Positions 21,932-31,101 of a stretch of DNA of 32,000 nucleotides are shown here, one piece after another. A program made the translations under genes and the position numbers. Location of the stretch: assembly GCF_021057185.1 (NCBI RefSeq), contig NZ_CP054059.1, positions 990,001 to 1,022,000 on the forward strand, in the 5' to 3' direction. The notes below the pieces were generated by a model. That model did not search any database. It saw only the letters and a program-made list of their open reading frames with translations, and was not told the DNA's origin. The stretch's first letter is position 1, and every line of letters begins with the position of its first letter. The DNA is from Candidatus Absconditicoccus praedator (GTDB lineage: Bacteria; Patescibacteriota; Gracilibacteria; Absconditabacterales; Absconditicoccaceae).

Positions 21932-24900
21932 TTATCAAGGTAAATATTTTTCTATAAAATCTTCACTGGTTTCCTCTTCAGGTAGTCTCTCTCTAAGCTG
22001 TTCAAGTACAACATTCCTAAAATACTCACTTCACAATCCATCTATATCATAGATATGTTTTTGATCTTTTTTCTCTATAAGAGCCTGCTCGAATAGTCTC
22101 TTCATCCTAGACTTCTCTTGATTTAATTTAATAATGATTTCTTCATAATTATCAACGCTTTCTGGGCCTATCATATTAAGTAATCTTTCTTCAAAAATCT
22201 GGTCTATTATTCTTTTCCCTTCATCTCTAAACTCTCATGTGCTTATCTCTTCATTCTCTGCTTTCTCTACTAAATTTTCAAATCTACTATCAAGCTGGCC
22301 TTCTTCTCATTGATTTCATTCAAAATTATTCATTACACTTTCTAATGTAATTCCAGTAGTTAGTATACTTGTAGGTATTGTTCACCTTGCACTTAGTGTA
22401 GACAATGATCCTCAATAATCTGAATTTATAGCTCTTGTGGTTCATCTACCCATAAAAGCACCCAGTCATACTTTATCTGAAAAATCATTAAATCTCCTCA
22501 TTAAGTCACTAACTTCATCTGGAGATCTTGCTCTTCATCAATAAAACAATGCTACAATAAGGTTTGAAACAACTTCTTGAGTTAAATTTTCAGCACTCAT
22601 ATCTAACTCACCTTGAGAAAATCCATCTATTCCCATTGATATTCCCATTAAAGATGTAGCATCCATTGCTACTTCCCTTGATCTACTCATATCATCTCTA
22701 AATCTCATTCTTCTAGTAGCACCAAGATATCCAAATTGTGTCATAAATGTTAGTAAGCCTTCGGATACACCTTCACCATAAGGATTTTCAAAACTTTCCC
22801 CACTTAATGCACTATCTGTAACTTCCTCTCAAAGTAAATATCAAAAATGAAATGGAATAGCTTCACCTGCTCATCTTGCTCATCTTAAAGCATGTCATCA
22901 CATACTACTGCTATTATTTATCATAGCTCTAGCTCTTAGTCATCATCTAACATTTAAAACTCTTGCTCCACCTCTTGCTAACAAATATGAACCTCTAGCA
23001 GCTAATGCAACAGCTCATAATCATACAGCTGAAGCAGCTACTGTTATAGCTAATTCTCTTGCAACAATTGCTATTGCCTCTTTTTGAGTGTCTGACAAGT
23101 TGAATCGTCATATACCTTCAATATCTCAATACATTTCAAGTAAAGGATTGTCTCAATTATATCCACCACTACGATTAGAATTATTTTCAATTATCTCTTC
23201 AACAATAGCAGATTGTATTCATTTTTGTATAAATTCTTTACCTAAGTAATCTGACATATTATCAACTATCATATCCATATTTTCTTCCAAAAATCTTTTT
23301 CTTTCATCCTCTTCTGAGCTAAGATCTTCTTTATTTCTTAACTCTTCTAATTCTTCTTCTAATTCATTTCTTTGTGCTTCAATTAATCTTTCTCTGTCAT
23401 CAAAAGACTCTTGGATTTGTTCAAAAAATTCTCTTGCTTTTGTACTTGAATATTCTCAATTTTCATCATTAAAAAGTCACATTTGCATAAGTTTGAACAT
23501 CATAGTATTTTCTCATTCAGGTATACTATCTGCAAACTTTCAAGTTCTACTATCTACTCATTTTTCTTCTATCATTTTATCATATCTATCTACTTGAGGA
23601 GATGGTCACTGTGCTGAACTAATGGGTCTTTCAGGAACAAGTTCTCAGCTATCAGAAAATGTTTCTAAAGATTCATTAAATTCAGCAATAAGTCTATCTA
23701 TTCATTTTTCTCATACATAATCTATAAAATTATTAATTTCATCTTCTGATGGAATTTGTTCTAGATTTAATGGTATATAATCATCATATTCATTTAATGC
23801 ATCAGGATTTTCTAATATATACTCTGATATTTGTTCACTAAAATTTTCTCAGTCCAATCACAATTCTCTGATTGTTTCAAATGTTTTGATATATTTATCA
23901 TGTCATATATATTCATTGTCAAAAAAGTCTTTTACAATCTTTCTATCATCAAAAATTCTATCTAATCTTTCTCTTACCTCAGGGTCATCTGTGTCTACAA
24001 CACCAGTATGTTGCTCGTTTTCTATATCAAGGTTTTCATCGAAAATTTCTTCTATTACAACATCTCTTATTTCATCTAATCAGCTTTCAATTTTATCAAA
24101 AACATCTTCTTCCCAATTTATATCTCTTAGATAAGGATTCATTCTTGATGTCCTATCATTTGTCAATGTTTGAGATTTTATCAAACTATCAGACATGCTT
24201 TCAAAGATCTCATTTATTCTTTGAAAATTTTCATCATCTTGATTTAAAAATCTTGATCACTCTTCTATATTTTCTTCCAAAGCTTCCAAAAATATAGATA
24301 TTGTATCTACTTTTTCATTTATTCTTTCAGCTTTCTCATAAGTTTCTCTAAATTCATCACTTTCTACATATTCTCTTTGGGCTTCATAATTTTGCATCAT
24401 ATCCAACACTCAAGCAATAGGTTGATATTGTTCATTTGCAGACAAAAAATCATCTATAGAATCATATCATTGTGCTTCTTCTAAAATATCACTTAAATTC
24501 TCTCTATGTTTTTCTCAATCATATTGAAATTCAACTTTTCAGTCTGTCATATCCATATCTAGCACTCTATCAGTATTTTGTAGTTGCTCATAGTTTTCTT
24601 TTATTCATGGATAAGCATCTACATCTACACCATTGTGTTCAGCTATTTCTTCCCAACTTACTCACCTATATACAAGCTCCAAAATACTTATATAAATATC
24701 TTCTCAATCATGTCATTCATATTTCAACATTATCTCTCAAGTATCTGAAATTTTGAATAAATCACTTTGTTCAGGATTTATTTCTATTGATTCTCAAGCT
24801 TGTATCTGATCTGGACTTTGTAGTTGTGAGTTTGATTCCAAAATATCTTGCATATCAACTCAATGATCATCTGCAATTTTAGACAACACATCTCATGGTA

Positions 24901-25216
24901 ATATATCATATTGTATTATACCATCCAAATGTTCTTCTATGGAAGAGACAATATTATCTACCATATCTTTATTACTTTCTATGTTTTTACCTAATTCTAA
25001 AGACTCAATAACTAATTCTATAAAAGCATACTGTAAAGCTTCTTTTTCATACTCTTCAAGATCTTCACTATCAGACACCTGTTCCAAATGTTGCTCAGAT
25101 TTTTCTACAACATAAGAAACAAGTTCTTGCTTACTTTCATATTCAAGATTATCTTTTATATCTTCTGTATTTTCTTTTTCCTCTATTCTCCACATTGTGA
25201 AACTTTCAATGGACAT
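21932..25216 (-). CDS. giant acidic LysM-domain protein with central hydrophobic/Gly-Arg-rich segments, 1094 aa (hypothetical)
   Basis: ATG 25216, TAA 21932-21934, 3285 nt. Every codon was checked and there is no in-frame TAA or TAG, with dozens of TGA. LysM-like YDILPGDVLSKIADDHGVDMQDILESNSQLQSPDQIQAGESIEINP lies at about 24773-24910. The hydrophobic AIAIVARELAITVAASAVGLGAVALAA lies at about 22990-23077. A TGA-dense stretch VRGGLRARAM..MGGHALRGARGAG lies at about 22865-22951. Confidence 0.75.
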
Positions 25217-25218
25217 TT

Positions 25219-25470
25219 TTATAGATTATCCAGTAAAGATTCTGCCTCTTTTACTTCTTCTTGATATTCTTTTTCTTCTTTTTTCTTTTTTATTTTATTT
25301 TTTTGGTTTTGTAATAATAATCAAATTTTATCTTTTAAATTTGGATCTTTTTCCAAAGATTTTTTTACCAAAACTTTTTTAAATTCTTCTAATTGATCTA
25401 TAGTGTTAATTATTTTTTCTCTTTTATCTTCTGAAAATCTATCCCACTGAGAGATCAACTTTTTTTTCAT
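25219..25470 (-). CDS. small lysine-rich helical protein, 83 aa (first gene of the orphan operon)
   Basis: ATG 25470, TAA 25219-25221. MKKKLISQWDRFSEDKREKIINTIDQLEEFKKVLVKKSLEKDPNLKDKIGLLLQNQKNKIKKKKEEKEYQEEVKEAESLLDNL. Its stop is 2 nt from the ATG of the 1094-aa gene. Confidence 0.55.
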
Positions 25471-25632
25471 GCTCTGCCTCAAAAATAGGGATTTTTTGAT
25501 TTTATTTATATTTTCTTGGTTTCAACAACTCATAAAAAATTATGACAGCCTAAATACATAATAAATTATATCAGTTTTTTTATAAAATGCAAATTTGATT
25601 AATTACTAAAATAAGATTTTACAATACATATT

Positions 25633-25933
25633 CAAAAAAATCAACAAAATTATTTTATATGTACCCAAAATAATTTTATTGATTATCTAAAAATGATATT
25701 AATGAAAAAAAAATTATATACAAAAACTTGTAGAACAAAAAGACATTGAATGACTTAAAAGGGAATGACAAACTATTGTCAATATAAAATCACAAATAGT
25801 CGATGCTTTATCAACTTGTTCAAAAAGGAGACAAAAAGATTTTAAAACCTTAGAAGAGCTTGAAAATAAGCAAAGACAAATTACTCAAGCTCTGAATGAA
25901 CTCGAACCAAAATCAAAAACTAGTTATTAACAA
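25633..25933 (+). repeat. direct repeat, copy 2 (about 301 bp; core 25709-25933)
   Basis: See copy 1. Mismatches fall at 25768 (TGG>TGA), 25867 (AAA>AAT), 25903 (synonymous) and 25925 (CAT>TAT). Confidence 0.9.
25702..25930 (+). pseudogene. second copy of the 77-aa gene, out of frame with its ATG because of an A9 tract (pseudogene or phase-variable)
   Basis: The conserved frame runs from 25712 to TAA 25928-25930 but is closed upstream by TAA at 25700-25702. The ATGs at 25693 and 25702 are in the +1 frame. ATG 25702 is followed by 9 A (25705-25713), and removing one A gives MKKNYIQKLVEQ... in frame. Confidence 0.6.
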
Positions 25934-27563
25934 AATGCAGGTAAACTCAAGCATAATTTTCCACTCATACAACTTTTAACTCCTCTCAATCATCCAAAAT
26001 CAAACTTCAAGTATCAGAAGTCTGACCACCCGATTCTGCATAAAAAGGCGTTTTATCCAAAACTACTACTCTTTGTCAGTCTACTTCAAAATCTTTTAAA
26101 ACACTACTATCTTGAGTTTCCAAAGTATCATATCCAACAAATTTAGTGGCAGGAATTCAATGCAAATACTTCGCCCAGTCTATTCATCTTTTGAATACAT
26201 CTTTTGTTCACTCACGAGATCTTTCTCTGGCTTTTTCCATTTCTTTTTCAAATCAACACAAGTCCACAGCAAGTCAATTATCTGTAGCTATCTCCTTGGT
26301 AAGTTCTACAGGAAAACCATATGTATCATACAAAAGAAAAATATTTTTTCACTCAATCTCTTTTGAAGAATTTTTCATTATTTCATTCAATTTCTGCCTT
26401 CAATTATTTATTGTTTTTTGGAATTGAGATATTTCGTTTAGGATAGAAGAAACTATTGATTCTGTATTATTAGAAATTTCAATATAGTAAGTTCAATATT
26501 TCTTATTAATTTGATCAACCAGGTTTTTCACAAAATCATCCAATTTTGCATTTTCATCAAGAGAAATTACCGAATAATACAGCCTTCTAATCAGTCTCCT
26601 AAGCACATATCCCCTACCCTCATTACTTGCAATTACTCAGTCTCATATCATAAAAACAGCTGTCCTTATATGATCTGCTATTATTCTAAAATGTTTTGTA
26701 GTATTGTTTTCCTTATCAGAAAAATCATTTTCATGTTTTTCAAATGGAGGATATTTTTTGTCTACCAAATCTTGTATAGCAAGCATTATAAACTCAAAAA
26801 GATCACACTCAAAAACTGTTTGTTGTCATTGCAAAATCATTGCCAGTCTTTCCAATCACATACCTGTATCTACATTTTGTTGAGAAAGTTTGGAAAAAGT
26901 TCAGTCTTCATTTTTGTAAAATTCCATAAACACATTATTCCAAACCTCCAAAAATCTATCATTTTCTCACATATCCCAATCATTTGGCCCCCACTCTTCT
27001 CATCTATCAATATGAATTTCTGCACAAGGCCCACATGGACCTATCTCTCAAGCAGGACCTCGGAAGTTATCTTCCATTCAAATAGCTTTAATTCTTTGGT
27101 CAGGAATTCATATTTCATTAAGAATTTTTCTAGCCTCAGTATCTTCTCATATTCACAAACTTTCATCACCAGCAAAAATTGTAACCCCTATTTTTTCCAT
27201 GGGAACTCATATATACTCATTCAAGAACCTGATAGACCATGTCAAAGATTCTTTTTTGAAGTAATCACCCAAAGACCAATTCCCTAGCATCTCAAAAAAT
27301 GTAAGATGTCTTTCATCACCAACTTCATCTATATCTCAAGTTCTTAATGATTTTTGCGTATTATAAAGTCTTTTTCATTGAGGATGAGGTTTTCATACAA
27401 GATAAGGCACAAGTTGTTGCATTCCTGCAGTAGTAAACAACACAGTTTTGTCTTGGCTATCTGGTACTAGTGAAGCATATTTTAGATAAGTATGATTTCT
27501 ATCTGGATCTTGCCAAAACTCATCCCAAAGTTTTCTAATTTCTTCTGAGGTTAATTTTTTCAT
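25920..27563 (-). CDS. alaS: alanyl-tRNA synthetase, catalytic and tRNA-recognition part only (547 aa); editing and C-Ala domains absent
   Basis: ATG 27563, TAG 25920-25922, 1644 nt. [118 protein letters not shown]. It ends ...GVYLHFVNN*, with the final codons lying inside repeat copy 2. Confidence 0.88.
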
Positions 27564-27675
27564 AAAACTTTTTCTTTGATATAAATTCAAACTTTAATAT
27601 AAATAATTAACAAATCAAATCAAGTTTTTATATAAAACAAAAAAAATACAAAATTTTAAATTATCCAAAAATAAA

Positions 27676-27708
27676 TTAAAAACCCGGTTCATGCTTTCAT
27701 GAACCAGG
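27676..27708 (-). terminator. intrinsic terminator after the 175-aa ORF
   Basis: On the - strand: CCTGGTTCATGaaagCATGAACCGGG followed by TTTTT. The stem spans 27683-27693 and 27698-27708 with one mismatch. Confidence 0.7.
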
Positions 27709-27720
27709 TATATATCCAAC

Positions 27721-28248
27721 CTATGAATGACAATCAATAAAATCTTCGGTAAACCTCCAATATTCATAACTTAAAGCCATAGGATTCTTGGTAAGAGTAT
27801 AATCCAAAACATGCGTTAGACCATTCTCACCTCCCACAGCAACAATATCTCCTCTTCTCAATTCCAAAAGATCCTCAAACCACAATTCTTTTCTGGGACC
27901 AATCACCCAAGTATTAACCAATTGTCTTGGAAAACCATTTAGAGCTGTCCAATAAGTTTGGCTTTGGTCAGGTAAATAAGTATTTATAGCAACCAAAATT
28001 TTGGAAGAAGATTTATTTGGATCTGCAAGCCTATACAAGTCATGCAAACATTGCCTTACCAATACAGGAAAGGCATTTGTCACCAAACCTTTTTCAATTT
28101 TTGGGGGATTTTTAGTAAAGAATCTGATATTTTGAAATCTACTATTTCTCCCCTTCCTACCAAGTCGTACATGATAACCATTTTTCTGGTCTTGACATAC
28201 AGGAATTCCTTTTTGCAAATAACCTTGTTTAAAATGGTAACACTGCAT
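27721..28248 (-). CDS. hypothetical protein, 175 aa, with atypical codon usage (no UGA)
   Basis: Intact in the standard code. ATG 28248 with AAGGA at 28256-28260 (7-nt spacer) and TAG at 27721-27723. MQCYHFKQGYLQKGIPVCQDQKNGYHVRLGRKGRNSRF...RRGDIVAVGGENGLTHVLDYTL...FIDCHS. All 12 Gly are GGN. Local GC is about 38-40% on two 60-nt lines I counted. Confidence 0.7.
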   Translation of the reverse strand: MQCYHFKQGYLQKGIPVCQDQKNGYHVRLGRKGRNSRFQNIRFFTKNPPKIEKGLVTNAFPVLVRQCLHDLYRLADPNKSSSKILVAINTYLPDQSQTYWTALNGFPRQLVNTWVIGPRKELWFEDLLELRRGDIVAVGGENGLTHVLDYTLTKNPMALSYEYWRFTEDFIDCHS

Positions 28249-28325
28249 GTTTCTGTCCTTTTTTATTATCAGACTTTGTGAATATACTTATTTGAAAAAT
28301 ATTATCAAGAAAAGTTTACTAAAAA

Positions 28326-29420
28326 CTAAACATTAAATTTGAAAACTATCACATCACCATCTTGCACTATATAGTCTTTTCACTGCAATTTGATTTGTCA
28401 ATTTTCTTTGGCTTTTTGCCAGGATCCAGAAGAAATTAAATCTTCATATTTTACTACTTCAGCTTTAATAAATCATCTTTCAAAATCTGTATGAATGGCT
28501 CAAGCGGCCTGAGGCGCAGTACTATTTTTCTTGATTGTCCATGCTTTACTCTCTTTTTCTCAAGTAGTAAAATAATACATCAAACCAACTTCATCAAAAG
28601 CAGTTTTAATAAGATCATCTAATGTTGGAACCTTATTGTCTCCAAACATTTCTATTAAAAATTCTTGCTTTTCTTTCTCAGAAAAATCAATCATATCTGC
28701 TTCTATTTTTGCACTTACTACACATACAGGCTTATTAAGTTGATTTTCATATTCACTTATTATACTGTCAAACTCACTGATATTATCTTCTGAAACATTA
28801 AATGCATACACAAATGGCTTAAATGTAAGAAAATTGAAAGGTTTTATTATTGATTTTTCTTTGTCAGAAAGATCATCTTTTATATCCCATATAAGTTTTC
28901 AATTTTCTAAAACTTCTTTCAGTTTTTCTAACACTTCAGCTGTTTCTATTGCTTCTTTTTCTTTGCTTTTTACTTTTTTCTGAAGTTGAGGAAGCTTGTT
29001 TTCTATTTGTTCTAAATCTGACAGTATAAGTTCTGTATTAATTGTTTCTATATCTCTTAGGGGATCAACATTCCCATCTACATGATTTACATCATCGTCT
29101 TCAAAATGTCTAACTACTTGCACTATTGCATCAACCTCTCTCACATTAGCAAGAAACTTATTACCAAGTCATTCTCCTTTACTTGCTCACCTAACAAGTC
29201 AAGCAATATCAACAAACTGGATATTTGCATATACTTTCTCCTTGGAGTTTGAAATTTCAGATAGCTTACCAACTCTTTCATCTTTTACATCTACCACTCA
29301 TGTATTTGCATCTATAGTACAAAATGGGAAATTTCAACTATCAGCAGCATATGATTTTGTCAAAGCATTAAAAAGTGTTGATTTACCTACATTTGGAAGT
29401 CATACTATACCTATCTTCAT
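28326..29420 (-). CDS. ychF: ribosome-binding ATPase YchF (Obg-like), 364 aa
   Basis: ATG 29420, TAG 28326-28328, 1095 nt. MKIGIVGLPNVGKSTLFNALT, with the P-loop Gly at 29400-29402 encoded by TGA. Also [34 protein letters not shown] and the C-terminal GAIHTDFERGFIKAEV...DGDVIVFKFNV. Confidence 0.95.
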
Positions 29421-29522
29421 CGTCAAATTTACTTAATTTTTTAAAAACATCAAAATAACTGCAAATTATAATAAAAAAAACTTGAAAATCAAAGAAAAAT
29501 AATTAAATAGTAGCAAATTTTT

Positions 29523-29930
29523 ATGTTTTTGTATAAAAAAATGCTGGCAAGAAACGAAATAACAACCCTAAGGTTGCCAAACCAACCAAGAAATCAATCA
29601 CAAACTGAAATATCACAAAAAGAGATTTCTGGTATACTTAATTCCCATAATCAGCTACCAGAAAATTTTTATGACAGAAAAGCAAAAATACTATGCAAAA
29701 AGATAAGCAGACTTCTATGATGGGAATATGATTTTGTAATACAAAACTATTATAGTTGAATTTTGGATATAATAAAAACCAAAAACTACCAAGAAAAAAC
29801 TCAAAAAATCACACAACTACAAGTATCTTTTATGAGTCATTTTGTTTCAAATTGTGAATCAAGACAAACTTGATGTTTTCAGCGAACCAAATTATATGCA
29901 GAAGATTTTCGCAACATATTAGAAAGCTAA
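29523..29930 (+). CDS. hypothetical protein, 135 aa
   Basis: ATG 29523, TAA 29928-29930, checked codon by codon, with 3 in-frame TGA. MFLYKKMLARNEITTLRLPNQPRNQSQTEISQKEISGILNSHNQLPENFYDRKAKILCKKISRLLGWEYDF... Confidence 0.5.
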
Positions 29931-30886
29931 CCTTCTTCAACACATATTTTCTTGTTTAAAATATGCCTGAAAGTAAGAAAAACAATAATAATTAATATAA
30001 AAACTAAAGCAAAAAACAAAACATAAGACAACAGTTCAAAAAACATCAATCATGTATTATCATACATAACCATTGATGCTATTCCAACTGCAGCTATTGG
30101 GAAAGTATATGCCCACCAAGAAAGATAAAAGTTTATTTTCATAAAAATTTTTGACTGAAAAATCAATAACATCAAAAAAAACAAAGAAATATAATAAAGA
30201 ATTTTTCAAAACTGATCAATTTGTCACACCAGCTCATACCATGATACAAAACCAACTGCAGGTGGCGCTATTAGTATAAACAAAGTTGGAAGAAGTTTTT
30301 CCGGGATTGGTGGATAAAATATAATACGATTAAAAAAGATTACCAACAAAACAAGCCAAAAAACAATTCAAATAGAAAAGAAAAACCAAGATATTTCCAA
30401 TCAAAGATAGGAAACTCACACTATTGGAATCAATATATTACCTACTACAGGTATAAACCATGCTGGACTCATATGTGTAACTTCAAATTTGGTATCATGC
30501 ATCCATAAAGATATAATAAAAAATGTGATAAAAAGATGCAACACACTTCAAACCCACAATAATATATGTGCTAAAAGATCATTAATACCATCAAATCCCA
30601 CACTTAAAAGTATAAAACTTATAGAAACAGCCCCAAAAAAACTTATTTTTATTGGATGATTAATCTCAGACAACACCTGTTGTTTATAAAAAACAAACTT
30701 TAACAAATAAACAACCAAAAACAAAACAAACAAGGCAACAACAATCATCAACAAATAAAAATCTATCATCTGAGGAAATCACAAAACTTCTTGACCTTTT
30801 TGAATAGACATTATCAATCCTGAAAGTCACATAACCACCGCAAAAAATGGTACAGGAAAAAACTTCAATCTACTATCTTTTTCCAT
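29927..30886 (-). CDS. TehA/Mae1 (TDT, SLAC1-like) family anion/C4-dicarboxylate transporter, 319 aa
   Basis: ATG 30886, TAG 29927-29929, 960 nt, checked for in-frame stops. MEKDSRLKFFPVPFFAVVMGLSGL..., followed by about 10 hydrophobic helices (...HMSPAWFIPVVGNILIP..., ...LFILIAPPAVGF...). Its stop overlaps the stop of the convergent 135-aa gene. Confidence 0.75.
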
Positions 30887-31101
30887 AACAACAATTTAAT
30901 ATCTAAATTAAAAAACTTATAAGTTCGTCTTAGTATAATCGCCTACAGATAGTTCTTTTAATAAAAACAAAACTATCAACTAATCTTTTTAGTGACAAAA
31001 AAATATTTTTTTATTTCTAATATAAAATAGATTTTATTAAAGAAGTTGAAAAAAACTAAGTTTTATTTATAAAAAAACATATTTAAAAAACTTATCAAAC
31101 C

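Noticed and set aside
21023-25470. The 83/1094/298-aa operon as a prophage remnant (chaperone, tape-measure protein, distal tail protein). Tape-measure proteins can be about 1000 aa, helical, and carry LysM and hydrophobic Gly-rich segments.
   Set aside because: I saw no capsid, portal, terminase, integrase or other tail genes in or around the segment, and I have no sequence match to tape-measure families. I keep it only as a hypothesis to test, not a call.
26511-27287. A 258-aa ORF on the + strand, the longest in the supplied track. Similar long ORFs lie at 1167-1670 (-), 6767-7111 (+) and 12268-12872 (+).
   Set aside because: They lie antisense to well-supported genes (alaS, tex, the RND pump, hemW). 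Their low-complexity I/F/K/S/L-rich translations are typical of the opposite strand of AT-rich coding sequence.
27721-28248. The GC-richer islands at 27721-28248, 10387-10791 and 3988-4185 might be structured RNA genes such as RNase P RNA, tmRNA or SRP RNA.
   Set aside because: Each holds a long stop-free frame in an AT-rich background, with an SD motif, an ATG and a downstream terminator. I could not find conserved RNase P motifs or a tmRNA-type tRNA-like end. Protein-coding is the better reading.
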